From contig CAWHAE010000009.1 of the NCBI GenBank assembly GCA_963827235.1, positions 864,001 through 928,000 on the forward strand: 64,000 nt of DNA, written 5' to 3'. Made by a program: the position numbers and the translations under genes. The notes beneath the pieces are model-generated. The model had not been told where the DNA came from. It made no database searches and worked only from the letters and a program-made list of their open reading frames with translations. Below are positions 39,021-49,215 of the stretch, piece by piece. Within the stretch, counting starts at the first letter, position 1. Every line of letters starts with the position of its first letter. The stretch is from an uncultured bacterium (GTDB lineage: Bacteria > Chloroflexota > UBA5177 > JANWHV01).

Positions 39021-41645
39021 GTGTACGAGGGAATAGACACCATTTTCCTGGTCCATCACAGCCACACTGATATCGGCTACACCCACGACCAGCCAATAGT
39101 CTGGGACCTGCACCGGCGCTTCATCGAGCTGGCGATCGACGAGTGCGAGAAGCACGCGGATAGAGACGCCGCCGACGCCTTCCGATGGACGGTAGAGACG
39201 ACGCTGGTGCTGCTGGACTGGCTGCGGACTGCCTCGGACACCAGAGTGGAGCAGTTCCTGCGCCTGGTGCGCGCAGGCAGAATCGAAGTTACCGCCATGC
39301 CGGTCAACATCACGCCCCTGTTCGACACCGAAGAGCTGGTGGAAGGCCTGGAGCCCGTGCGCCGTCTGCGCAAGCAGTACGGCATTCCGATCCGCCACGC
39401 GATGAACAGCGACGTGAACGGAGAGAACTGGCCGCTGGTCGATGCGCTGCTTGACGCCGGTATCGAGGGCTTCAGCATGGCGACGAACATCCACTTTGGC
39501 GGCTCGCCGCTGGCGTGGCCGAACGCGTTTCACTGGCAGGGTCCCAGCGGACGCAGCATCCTTGCTTGGAACGGCTGGGACTACGCCTATGCCTATGAAG
39601 CAGGGATCGACTGCAATGCGGCCGGCTTCCGCGACGAAGGATGGCCGCGCATCGATAGCTGGCTGCGAGAGCGCGAGTATCCGCTGCCGGTGCTCATGAT
39701 GCAGCTGTTCGATGCCTTCGGCGACAACGGCCCGACGAGCCCGACGATCAGCCGCTTCGTGCGGGAGTGGAACGAGAAGGTAGGCCGACCACGACTGCGC
39801 ATCGCGGTTCCGGCAGACTGGTGGTCGGCGGTGGCGAAGCACGCGGCGGTGCTGCCCACTTACCGGGGCGACTGGACGGACTTCTGGAACTTCGGCTGCG
39901 CGTCGAGCGCCCGGGAAGTGGCGATCAATCGGGCAAGCCGGTCCCGGCTGCGCGCGGCCGATGCGGCCGCGGGCGTGATCGGGGCTCTGGGCGGCGAGGA
40001 TGAGCCCGCGCGCGTCCCGGGCGGCGAGGCACGCGAGCAGGCCGGCAGGGCCATGTACCTCTGGGACGAGCACACCTGGGGAGCCGACAGGAGCGTGTTC
40101 AGTGCGGACGACGAGGACACGGCCGCCCAGTGGAACCACAAAGCGTCCTTCGCCTACACCGCCAGGAGTCTCTCCTTGATGCTGCAGCGAGACGCCGTCG
40201 CCGAGCTGGCGCGACGGGTGGCGCGGGCGCCGGGAGACGCCTGTCTGATCTTCAATCCGTTGCCCGTCCCGCGCACGGTGAGCGGTCCCGTGGTGGACTC
40301 CTTCGGGCGCGGCACTCGCGGCCGCGGCGAGGATCCCACGTCGGCCAGGCATTCTGTGGATCGGGGACGAGTGTCGACGACGAAGGATCTCACCGCGATC
40401 GAGCCCATCGGAGTGCCCGCTTTCGGCTATGCACTGGTGCCGGAGAGCGCAACCAAGACCGTCACCATTGAGGCCGTGCACGACCCCATTGTCGAGACGT
40501 CGCGCTATGTGATCGAATTCGACATACAGAGGGGCGGCATTCGCCGCTGGCTCGACAAGCGGCTCGGCAAGGAGCTGGTGGACGGCGATACCACCTGGCC
40601 GCTCAACGGCTGGGTGCATGAGGAGCCGCTGGAACGGGGTCTGGAGAATCCGCGCCGCGCGCTTTGGGCACCGGTTGAGCGGCGGCTGGGGCTGGAGCGC
40701 GGCTGGCGCTCCGGTTGGCCCGCCGAGCGGGTGGGACCGCGCCGCGTGCTCGGTCACGACGTGTACCGCCGAGCCGACGGCCTGCAGGTGGAGCAGCGGC
40801 TCGAGCTGCCCTCCGGCGCTGAGCTCATCCAGACGACGCTCATACCGGCTGGCGCGGAGTGGATAGAATGCGAATCCGCGTGGCACATGGGCCTGGATAC
40901 CAAGCCCGAGGCAACGTATATTGCCTTCCCCTTCCTGCTTCCCCATGCCGCCGCGCGCGTCGACCTGGGTGGACAGGCCATGCGCGTGGACGCCGACCAG
41001 CTACCCCGCGCCTGTCGCGACTACTATACCACGCAGGGATGGGTGGACCTGTCGAACGACGAGCTCGGAGTGACGGTGGCTTGCCTGGATGCACCGATGG
41101 TGCAGCTTGGCGATTTCTCTTTCGGGGCGAATCGTACGGCGATCCGCCTGGAGCGGGCGCTGCTGCTCGGCTGGGTGACCAACAACTACTGGGAGACGAA
41201 CTTCCGCGCGCACCAACCGGGAGAGGTGCGTGCAAGGTACAGGCTGCTGCCGCACGGCGCTCCCTTCGACGAAGCGGCGGCGCACGCGTTCGGCCTCGAC
41301 GCCATGCAGCCCGTCGTCTATCATCCGCTGGCCGAACCCGCGGCGGCGGGCGCTCTGCTGCCGCGCGAGGGGACGCTGCTGCAACTGCCCCGGGATCCGG
41401 TTCTCACGCTGCGCGTGTGGTCAGAGGATGGGCAACTGCTGGTGCGCATGCTGAACGCCTCCGATCGCGGTGTGGACGCCGAAGTGGGCTCAGGCGTGCT
41501 GCAAATCAGCGGCGCCGCGCGCTGCGATCTGTTCGGAGATGGGGCCCAGGCGTTGCCGGTCTCGGACGGCGCGGTCCGCATCGCGCTCGGGCCGCGGCAG
41601 ATCGCGACGCTGCGATTGAGCGTGGTCGTGGGTATGGTTCTGTAG
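39021..41645 (+). CDS. Glycoside hydrolase, GH38 (alpha-mannosidase)-like
   Basis: Metal motif 'HHSHTDIGYT', 'FRWTVET', 'GRIEV', 'SDVNG', 'DNGP', 'RGDWTDFW', 'DEHTWG', 'NNYWETNF'; GTG start after GAGGGAG. Confidence 0.85.
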   Translation: MYEGIDTIFLVHHSHTDIGYTHDQPIVWDLHRRFIELAIDECEKHADRDAADAFRWTVETTLVLLDWLRTASDTRVEQFLRLVRAGRIEVTAMPVNITPLFDTEELVEGLEPVRRLRKQYGIPIRHAMNSDVNGENWPLVDALLDAGIEGFSMATNIHFGGSPLAWPNAFHWQGPSGRSILAWNGWDYAYAYEAGIDCNAAGFRDEGWPRIDSWLREREYPLPVLMMQLFDAFGDNGPTSPTISRFVREWNEKVGRPRLRIAVPADWWSAVAKHAAVLPTYRGDWTDFWNFGCASSAREVAINRASRSRLRAADAAAGVIGALGGEDEPARVPGGEAREQAGRAMYLWDEHTWGADRSVFSADDEDTAAQWNHKASFAYTARSLSLMLQRDAVAELARRVARAPGDACLIFNPLPVPRTVSGPVVDSFGRGTRGRGEDPTSARHSVDRGRVSTTKDLTAIEPIGVPAFGYALVPESATKTVTIEAVHDPIVETSRYVIEFDIQRGGIRRWLDKRLGKELVDGDTTWPLNGWVHEEPLERGLENPRRALWAPVERRLGLERGWRSGWPAERVGPRRVLGHDVYRRADGLQVEQRLELPSGAELIQTTLIPAGAEWIECESAWHMGLDTKPEATYIAFPFLLPHAAARVDLGGQAMRVDADQLPRACRDYYTTQGWVDLSNDELGVTVACLDAPMVQLGDFSFGANRTAIRLERALLLGWVTNNYWETNFRAHQPGEVRARYRLLPHGAPFDEAAAHAFGLDAMQPVVYHPLAEPAAAGALLPREGTLLQLPRDPVLTLRVWSEDGQLLVRMLNASDRGVDAEVGSGVLQISGAARCDLFGDGAQALPVSDGAVRIALGPRQIATLRLSVVVGMVL

Positions 41646-41761
41646 AGCGTCGATGACACCGGCTAGAGACCGGCGGCCTGAGCATCGGTGCCTTTCTTGG
41701 CGCCGGCAGGTGTGTGCTACGTCCGGCGTTCGTGGCAGCGCGCGGAAGCGATAGAGAGGCG

Positions 41762-42886
41762 ATGATGGCTTCGGATCTCGCGCAATTCAACCGGCAGGTG
41801 GTATACGGCCGGGCGGGCGGACGAGTGATATGGCAACCCCGTATAGGAGCCTGGCTCCAGGACAAGCTGTTCGCGAATGAGCCTTTGCCGGCACCGTACA
41901 CGGGAATGACGTTGCCCGAGATCTACCGGTCTCTTGGCTGCTCGGCTCGGCTGTACGAGTTCAACGACTGTTACCGGCGCATCGAGCATCCGTCGGTCCA
42001 CGTCACTTCTCGCCGGTTGAACGAGACCGACGAAGAGATCACGGTTCACACGCCTGTGGGCGATCAGGTGGCCGTGAACCGCACGTCACCGAATAGCTGG
42101 TATCACCTGACGCTCAAGTGGGAGGTCGAGACAGAAGACGAGCTCAAGGTGGCAACGTGGCGCGAAGAAAACACGGCCTGGGAATGGGACGCGAACCGCT
42201 ACGAGAAGCTCCTGGCGGAGATGGGCGACCTGGGTGCGCCGACGATGTTCATGCCCCGTATGAACGTGCAGAGTCTGTACATCGAGAAGATGGGCGTAGG
42301 CAACGGCATCTTCGCCATCCACGACTGGACGGACACGGCCGAGGCATACTTCCGGGCGTTGGAGAAAAGTCACGATCGTCTGATGGACGTGATCAACGCG
42401 TCGCCGATCGAGATCATCAACTTCGGAGAGAACATCCACGCCGGTACGCTCTCGCCCAAGCTCTTCGTCAAGTACCACCTGCCGGCTTGCCAGCGCCGCT
42501 GCGAGAAGCTGCACCGGGCAGGCAAGTTTGTGCATTCGCACTGGGATGGCGACACACGGCCGTTGCTGAAGTACGCCCGCGAGACCGGACTGGACGGTAT
42601 TGAGGCGATCACGCCGCAGCCACAGGGTGACGTCACGCTCGAGGAGATCAAAGCCAGCCTCGGGGACGACCTGTTCCTGCTGGACGGCATTCCTGCCGTC
42701 TACTTCGATTCCATGTTCTCGATCGAGACGCTCGCGGCATGCGCGCGGCGCGTGATCGAGCTCTTCGCGCCGAAGCTGGTGCTGGGTATCTCCGACGAGA
42801 TCTCCTCTCACGGAGACCTGGAGCGCATCCGCGTAGTGAGCGAGATTGTAGACGAGTACAATGCACGGCTCGGCGGACCACAATGA
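41762..42886 (+). CDS. Uroporphyrinogen decarboxylase (URO-D/MtaA-CmuA) fold protein
   Basis: 'LSPKLFVKYHLP', 'HSHWDGD', 'DGIEAITPQPQGDVTLEE', 'LVLGISDE'. Confidence 0.78.
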   Translation: MMASDLAQFNRQVVYGRAGGRVIWQPRIGAWLQDKLFANEPLPAPYTGMTLPEIYRSLGCSARLYEFNDCYRRIEHPSVHVTSRRLNETDEEITVHTPVGDQVAVNRTSPNSWYHLTLKWEVETEDELKVATWREENTAWEWDANRYEKLLAEMGDLGAPTMFMPRMNVQSLYIEKMGVGNGIFAIHDWTDTAEAYFRALEKSHDRLMDVINASPIEIINFGENIHAGTLSPKLFVKYHLPACQRRCEKLHRAGKFVHSHWDGDTRPLLKYARETGLDGIEAITPQPQGDVTLEEIKASLGDDLFLLDGIPAVYFDSMFSIETLAACARRVIELFAPKLVLGISDEISSHGDLERIRVVSEIVDEYNARLGGPQ

Positions 42887-43045
42887 AGCTCCGGCGGAGC
42901 ACGCGCGGGGTGGAGTCGCGACGGTAGCCGCCAAGAGCTACAGGTTGAGGAACACCGGCGATGCGCGGTGCATGGCGGTAAAGGCCTTTGTGAAGGGATA
43001 GAGCCGGCGAGAACGGCCCTGTCCCCGATTCACCTGCTCCGTTGC

Positions 43046-44350
43046 CTAGCCGCCGCACTGCACGCAACGCTCGCCGTTCGCCACCTGCAGGGCGTCCTGA
43101 CTGGGATCCGCCACCTCCGCCAGCTGGTGGATAGCCGTGCCGTCTACCGCTACGGTGAAGAGGTACGACGTGATGCTGCTGCCGGCGCTGCCCAGCGTGC
43201 CGCTGCAGGTTACGACGTAGGCGAGGCCGGTGCCGGTGACGAGCCACCCATACTGGGCCAGCACGCAGTTCGGGTGCCCCGACAGATGGAGGTCGAGATA
43301 GCGGCCGGCTTTCCCCGCCGCGTCGCCGATCCAGAGGCGATAATCTCTGGTATTGCCGCGGCCCGCGTCGGGGTCGGTAGCCAGGTGCCGGCGATCGGGC
43401 GAGAGCTCAAAGCTGGTGGCGTCCTTGAGAGGACCGGAAGTCCCCGACTGCTGGCGAATGACAGCGGGCGTGCCCACGAGGAGTTTTGCGTTGCCGCCGG
43501 TCGCCGGTGCCTGCCAGATACCGGTCAAGGAGAAACCCTCGCCGCGTCCCACGGTGCTCACGAGCACGTGCTTTCCATCGGCCGTCCAAGCCAGGCCATC
43601 GGCAGAGGGGTAGGAGCCGGGCGGGGCGACGTTGCCGGGATTGGCGCTGAGCAGTTGGGGAGGAAAGGTGATCGTACTGTAGGTGACCGCGCCGCCGCCG
43701 GGCACGGCAATGGCCAGAACGATGCTGCTACCCGGAGCCTTTCCGGACGACCGCTCGCGTTCCGCGGCCACACTGTTGCCGTCCGGCGACCAGGCGATGG
43801 GGCTGGACGGCGAGCCGGAGAGATGAACCCCGCGTATCAAGGTCCGGGTAGTCGAGGCAATGGCATCGTAGAGCAACAGATTGGCACCCTGGAAGTAGGC
43901 CAGGTAGCGTCCATCCGGCGACCAGGTCAGCCCCGCGCGATCGTGACTCGGGTCGAGCCCGGCAACGCGGTCCGCGGTAGAACCGTCGCTGGCGGCCAGC
44001 CAGATGTTGTGCGCGGTGCCGCCGGCTATGCTATCGCCGTACCCGCCTGGGATAGAGAGATAGGCCACGAGGCGTTGGTGGGGCGAGAGCGCCGGCCGGC
44101 TGTTCAGCCCATAGGTGGTGAGCCGGCGGCTCATGCCGCCATCCGCGCGGGCCACGTAGATGTCGCCCTTGATGGCGACGGCGAGCAGCGGACCGGATGC
44201 CGCCGTTGCTTCCTGGGTGAGACCGGCACCGCCGAGCCCTGCGATGAGGCTGCAGGCCACGAGGCCGCGCCACAGGCGGCGCCGGCCTCCGCGCTCTCCG
44301 CCCATGCCGGTTACCGCGAGTGCTCCCAGCAATCGCTCCAAGCTTCTCAT
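43046..44350 (-). CDS. Secreted TolB/PD40-type beta-propeller protein
   Basis: Signal peptide; 'WSPDG' twice, 'LSPH', 'WTADG', 'LSPDR' blades. Confidence 0.8.
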   Translation of the reverse strand: MRSLERLLGALAVTGMGGERGGRRRLWRGLVACSLIAGLGGAGLTQEATAASGPLLAVAIKGDIYVARADGGMSRRLTTYGLNSRPALSPHQRLVAYLSIPGGYGDSIAGGTAHNIWLAASDGSTADRVAGLDPSHDRAGLTWSPDGRYLAYFQGANLLLYDAIASTTRTLIRGVHLSGSPSSPIAWSPDGNSVAAERERSSGKAPGSSIVLAIAVPGGGAVTYSTITFPPQLLSANPGNVAPPGSYPSADGLAWTADGKHVLVSTVGRGEGFSLTGIWQAPATGGNAKLLVGTPAVIRQQSGTSGPLKDATSFELSPDRRHLATDPDAGRGNTRDYRLWIGDAAGKAGRYLDLHLSGHPNCVLAQYGWLVTGTGLAYVVTCSGTLGSAGSSITSYLFTVAVDGTAIHQLAEVADPSQDALQVANGERCVQCGG

Positions 44351-44602
44351 CTGTTACCTCCCCACCTATGGTGGACTACATCGCCGGCCGTTGGGGCAGG
44401 CGTAGCCGCGTCTACATCCCTATCATCCTAGCTCTACGCGATTGCCCCGCCGTTCTTCCGCCGGCCGTGCGCGGCATCGGATGAGGCGCCTGCCGGCAGG
44501 CCGGGGCCTTGTGTACGGCGGCGCGTCCTGTGTACGAGCGCCGCACGGCTTGGGCTCACTTTCGGCCGTGCCCAACACAAGCGGGCGGCCGGGCACTCGG
44601 GG

Positions 44603-46387
44603 CTATTGAGGATTCCGCAAACCGAACAGCCCGAATAGCTCGTCGGGGGTCAGATGTGATGCCATGTCGATGGTGGCATCGTCGACGATCTCGTCGAACA
44701 GCGCCTGCTTGTCCATCAGGATTCGCTCCACGCGCTCCTCGATCGTTCCCTCGCTCACGTACGCGTAGACGTTCACGGGGTACTGCTGCCCGAGGCGATG
44801 GCTGCGCGAATCGGCCTGCTGCTCTACCGCCGGATTCCACCAGCGATCGAAGTGGATGACGTACGACGCCTGCTGCAGATTCAATCCCTGCCCGCCGGCG
44901 CGAAGGGCGAGCACGAGCACCTTCCACTCGTCGTCCCGGCGGAAGCGGTCCAGCACACGCTCCCGCTCGTTCGGCGAGAGGTCGCCCGTATAGCTCAGAG
45001 CGGGGACGCCAAGGCGGGCAGCGATCGCCTTGGCACCGTTCTCCCGGTTCGCGAACTGGCTGAATACGAGCGCCTTGTGCCCTTCAGCCACCAGCGTATG
45101 CACGCGATCGCGCAGGTCGAGCAGTTTGCTCGATCGGCCGCTCGCCGGATCGAAGTTGCATATCTGTTTGAGGCGCACGATCAGCTCCAGCACGTTCTGG
45201 ATGCGTACCGCCGTGCCGAGCGACTGCAGCTCCACGATGCCCTGCTGTTCGGCCCGGTCATAGGCAAGGCGCTGGCTCTCCGTGAGCGGCAGCACGATGC
45301 TGCTGAACAGCTTCGGCGGCAGATCCTGCAGGACGTCGGCTTTGCGGCGCCGCAGCTGCACCTCACGCAGGCGTTCGCGCAGCTCGGCGGGAGTGACCAC
45401 GTGCCACGCCGATCGCGGCGGGGCCCGCTCTACCCACTGCAGTATCGACGCCAGATCGTCGACGCTGTTCTCCAGCGGCGTGCCACTCAGCGCCCAGCTA
45501 CGCTGCCGGCGGAGCCGCTTGCAGACCCGGCTGATATCCGTGTCGGCGTTCTTGATGCGCTGGGCCTCGTCGAGGATCACGAGATCCCATTGGCGTGCCA
45601 CCGACGCATGCGGATTGCCGGTGAAGTCCACGCGCAGCGTCTCATAGCTGATCAGGTAGGCGTGCGCGGGGACACGCCACCGCCAGGCTCGATCTCCCGG
45701 CTCGCCGTGGATCGTGGAGACCCTTAGCTCGGGCGCCCAGCGCTCTATCTCACCGCGCCATTGGGCGACCAGGCCTGCCGGCACTACCACAAGGGCCGCG
45801 CGGACCTGGCGCCGGTGAATGAGGATGCGCATCGCGGCGACGGCCTGGATGGTCTTGCCCAGGCCCATGTCGTCGGCCAGCAGGAGCGAGGACCGCTCGC
45901 TCAAGACCCGCACGCCCTTGGCCTGGAAGGGCAGGAGGGGGTCCGGCCACGCTACCGGGCCGTCTTGCGAGAGGAGCAGCTCCAGAGGAGGCTGCAGCAC
46001 CGCTGCGAGCAGGCGAGCGAACGACGTCGCAGGATCCGACTCGTACTGGACGCTGGATCTCCAATCCGCACCCCGACTATCCGACGGCTCCTGCCCGCGT
46101 GGCCACGGTGGTTGACCAGCGGGCGGGTCGAACACGTCCATGTCGGCGACGTAGACGCTGCCCCGATGCCGTTCCTCCTGGCGGATGCCGAGGTTTCGCA
46201 CCGTTTGCGCCGGGCCGGCGTCGATAGGCGGCAATCGCAGATGGCGGGGCTCCAGCAGGTGCGGAGCCGCCACGATCCCCCTCTCCGGCGTTCCAAGCTG
46301 GAGGCGCGTCCGGCGCCGGATTAGCCGGCGCAGCCGGGTCGGGCGCTCGACGGGACACTCGCGGAGCCAGGGCCGATCCCCACTCAT
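44603..46387 (-). CDS. SNF2-family helicase/ATPase
   Basis: 'LADDMGLGKT', 'DEAQ', 'LSGTP', 'FSQF', 'GGQGLNL', 'DRWWNPAVEQQADSRSHRLGQ'. Confidence 0.95.
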   Translation of the reverse strand: MSGDRPWLRECPVERPTRLRRLIRRRTRLQLGTPERGIVAAPHLLEPRHLRLPPIDAGPAQTVRNLGIRQEERHRGSVYVADMDVFDPPAGQPPWPRGQEPSDSRGADWRSSVQYESDPATSFARLLAAVLQPPLELLLSQDGPVAWPDPLLPFQAKGVRVLSERSSLLLADDMGLGKTIQAVAAMRILIHRRQVRAALVVVPAGLVAQWRGEIERWAPELRVSTIHGEPGDRAWRWRVPAHAYLISYETLRVDFTGNPHASVARQWDLVILDEAQRIKNADTDISRVCKRLRRQRSWALSGTPLENSVDDLASILQWVERAPPRSAWHVVTPAELRERLREVQLRRRKADVLQDLPPKLFSSIVLPLTESQRLAYDRAEQQGIVELQSLGTAVRIQNVLELIVRLKQICNFDPASGRSSKLLDLRDRVHTLVAEGHKALVFSQFANRENGAKAIAARLGVPALSYTGDLSPNERERVLDRFRRDDEWKVLVLALRAGGQGLNLQQASYVIHFDRWWNPAVEQQADSRSHRLGQQYPVNVYAYVSEGTIEERVERILMDKQALFDEIVDDATIDMASHLTPDELFGLFGLRNPQ

Positions 46388-46951
46388 GGCCGCCGCGGGT
46401 CGGCTTCGCCGTAGAGCTCGTCCATGCCGGAGGAGGCCCGATTGAACGGCTCGAGCAGCAAGCCGTGCCGGGCAAGCTGCAGTGTCAAGGCCCGCTCGGT
46501 CGAGTCATCGGCAGGCGCGGCCGGATGCCAGAACAGATTCGAGCACCTCCTCCCACCGGATTTGCTCGGCTGCCTCGAGCGGCGACGGAGCGATTGACGC
46601 GCCGTAGGGTGCCACGCGGCAGACGGGCAGGTCCACGGCGATGTCCTCGGTGAACACTTCAGCCGGCATCTCATCGGCCAGGCAGAAGATAACGCGCGGC
46701 GCACGCGGGCACATGGCAAGCAGGGACTTGACCAGCAGGCGCGCGGCGGCCCGTCTGCTGTCTGCCGGCCGCCACAGGAAGCCGGAAGGCGTTTCCACCC
46801 TGTTGTAGGTGAACTCGACCGGCTCACCGCGAGCATTGACCTGGAAGAGCGCGGCTCGGAAGCCCGGCGGATTGGTCTTTGCTTCGAGCTTCAGGAACGC
46901 GGCCGTTCCCAAACTCTCGAGATCGTCGCGGTCGCGAAAGGGAACCGGCAT
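46384..46951 (-). pseudogene. Small uncharacterised protein with an apparent frameshift near 46540-46570 (pseudogene or sequencing error)
   Basis: AGGAG-ATG 46951 gives 'MPVPFRD...GEPVEFTYNRV...'; that frame stops at 46505, while a second frame continues 'NLFWHP...LLEPFNRASSGMDELYG' to a TGA overlapping the helicase ATG (ATGA). Confidence 0.7.
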
Positions 46952-46956
46952 GGCTC

Positions 46957-48240
46957 CTACTCGTCGGAGGAAGGCGACGTACTGTCCGGGTACTCCAGGT
47001 CCACGTCTTCGGTGAAGTCGGATACCAGCGGCGTCACTTCGATCTGGGGCTCGTAGCCGGGGTATAGCCGCTTCAGGTCCCACTCGGTGATCCACCAGCG
47101 CACGTACTCCCGCATCGACGTGCTCGTCGCGTAGGGCGGCGATCCTACCTCGGGAGGGTCCCATTCGTAGGCGCGGGCGTGCAAGCCGCGTACCTGCTCA
47201 TAAGTGCGTTGTATGGTGGCCCTGGTAGGTGCCTTCAGACGCTCGGCTCGGGTAATGGCACGCATGCCTCGCTCGGCCAGCGCTGCCAGCTTCTGATCGT
47301 CATCCCGCATACCGGCCCGCAGCTTGTTGGGCACGTTTTCGCGATCGTGGCGCATGTCCAGCATGTACGTCTCGTAGTCGGAGGTGACGGCAGAGACGGT
47401 GATCAGGCACGGCATGGGCTCGCCCGAGCCGCCGCCCGTCCAGCGCGCCAGCTCGGCATATGACCGGGCGCGCTGGGGCAAGCTGTAGCGGCCGATGAGC
47501 TCTACTTCGTCGATCAGCAAGACCCAGCCGCGAAATCCGGCCGCCAGGATCAGTCGGGCCGCGAAGCGGAAGCGCTGCAGGGCCAGGCTCTTCTGGTCGA
47601 CCTTGTCGAACAGGTAGGAGACGTGCTCCCCATACGCTTTCAGCGCGCGTTTGAGCTCCCCGATACCGATCGGATCGCCGGCCCAGAAGGCGAGGATGCG
47701 CTCGTACAGCTCGGGGTCGTGATGCCGGGCGTGCTCGAAGAGGTACAACGTAGCGGCGAATCGCTGGTTCAGCACCTCCGGGCGCGTCTGCTGCACCCAG
47801 GTGAAGAAGTCGAGGAACGGCTCGCCGCGCGGATTGATCTCCTCTCCAATCTGGGCCAGCACGGCACCGCGGCGCCCCGGCGCCTGCGCCGCGTTGATTG
47901 CCGCGCGAAAGACCTTGGCCGGGTCGTACAGCGGTGTTTCCTTGCTGATCACGACTTTGCTGGCCACGAATCGCTGTTCCAGGGCGCGGTGCTGGAGACT
48001 CTCCAGGAGGTGGGATTTCCCGGAGCCGAAGTTCCCTGCCACGGAAAAGCCCGACGGACCGGGGGCATCCACGCCACGCTCGACGGTGGAGCTGAGGAGG
48101 TTCTGAAACCGATCCTCAATGCCGGTGGCGGCGGACTGCAGCGCGTTGACCGCATCTCGATTCGGCACGCCTGAGCGAAGCGCCTCGAGCGCACGCCGAG
48201 CCTCGATCTGATTGGTTGGGCCGGCGATCATGGTGTCCAT
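46957..48240 (-). CDS. BrxD/DUF2791-like P-loop ATPase (intact)
   Basis: N-terminal 'ALEALRSGVP', Walker A 'GNFGSGKSH', Walker B 'LLIDEVE', 'RARSYAEL'. Confidence 0.85.
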   Translation of the reverse strand: MDTMIAGPTNQIEARRALEALRSGVPNRDAVNALQSAATGIEDRFQNLLSSTVERGVDAPGPSGFSVAGNFGSGKSHLLESLQHRALEQRFVASKVVISKETPLYDPAKVFRAAINAAQAPGRRGAVLAQIGEEINPRGEPFLDFFTWVQQTRPEVLNQRFAATLYLFEHARHHDPELYERILAFWAGDPIGIGELKRALKAYGEHVSYLFDKVDQKSLALQRFRFAARLILAAGFRGWVLLIDEVELIGRYSLPQRARSYAELARWTGGGSGEPMPCLITVSAVTSDYETYMLDMRHDRENVPNKLRAGMRDDDQKLAALAERGMRAITRAERLKAPTRATIQRTYEQVRGLHARAYEWDPPEVGSPPYATSTSMREYVRWWITEWDLKRLYPGYEPQIEVTPLVSDFTEDVDLEYPDSTSPSSDE

Positions 48241-48243
48241 CGA

Positions 48244-49215
48244 TCATGCTGCCGGGCCGGAAAGCCGAACGAGAGCGGAGAGCGGATTGGCCCGCGAGCG
48301 GTCGTGTACCTCGTCCCATATACGCAGCTTGAGGGCGGCGTATTTCGGCAGGCCTCGCCTGTCGTCGGTGAGGAACGCCGTGGGAGCGATGGCGGCGATC
48401 AGGCACCCTTCCAGCTCGTCGGTGCCGTCGATGAACTGCCGCAGCACCTCGTAGGCGTCGAGAACCGCCGTGCTGGAATGGAAGAGCAAGCCGTCCGGCT
48501 CGACGTAGCGCCGCTCGACGACATAGCGAGAGACGTCGAGCACGAGTACGAAGCCGCGCTTTCCCGTCGCTCTCAGCCAATGTGCGAACGAGAGGAACAT
48601 GTCGCGCGCCAGGTTCCGCCCAACCTTCTGGAAGACGCCGGCCGGCTTGAGGGCGGAGACCCGGCGGAGCTCGCCACGCAGCCAGAGATGAATGTTCTCG
48701 ATCTCGCTAAGCTCGGCGACGCTGACCTCCAGGTATGCCTGGCACAGCCGCAGCATGGCGCTGCGAAACTCGTGCACCATGGAGTAATCGTGTTCCACGC
48801 GTTCGTGCAGCAACACGCGCACGCGTCGCCGGAGCTCGGTCTCGCTCGTTCCGTTGAGTGCCGCGATCACCTGGTAAGTGCAGCGATCCGTCTCCGGAGG
48901 CAGTACGTAGCCATCGGCACTGAGCAGGGAGCGCATCAAGTCGCCGGCCAGCGCGTTCCAGTCGACCTGCCGTGCCAGGGCGTGGAATAGCTGGTCGATC
49001 ATGTGGATTCGCGTCTCCGCGCCGTCCACGGTGAAGCAGCACAGGCCGTGCTGGGCTGCCAGAACCTCCAGTGATCGCCGTATGTCGCCGGCAGTGACGG
49101 GTGGCGTGGCTATGGCGAACTTCACCGCGGCGCCACCGGCCGGAATGAACGACTGCAAATACTCGTTCTCGACGACGGCCAGCCACTCGGCCAGCGGCAA
49201 CCCCATGCTCATCAT
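48244..49215 (-). CDS. BrxD/DUF2791-like protein with degenerate P-loop
   Basis: 'GGAAVKF' where Walker A is expected but no GK[ST]; 'VLVLDVSR' instead of DE; 'YEVLRQFIDG', 'RGLPKYAALKLRI' resemble the BrxD C-terminus. Confidence 0.75.
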   Translation of the reverse strand: MMSMGLPLAEWLAVVENEYLQSFIPAGGAAVKFAIATPPVTAGDIRRSLEVLAAQHGLCCFTVDGAETRIHMIDQLFHALARQVDWNALAGDLMRSLLSADGYVLPPETDRCTYQVIAALNGTSETELRRRVRVLLHERVEHDYSMVHEFRSAMLRLCQAYLEVSVAELSEIENIHLWLRGELRRVSALKPAGVFQKVGRNLARDMFLSFAHWLRATGKRGFVLVLDVSRYVVERRYVEPDGLLFHSSTAVLDAYEVLRQFIDGTDELEGCLIAAIAPTAFLTDDRRGLPKYAALKLRIWDEVHDRSRANPLSALVRLSGPAA

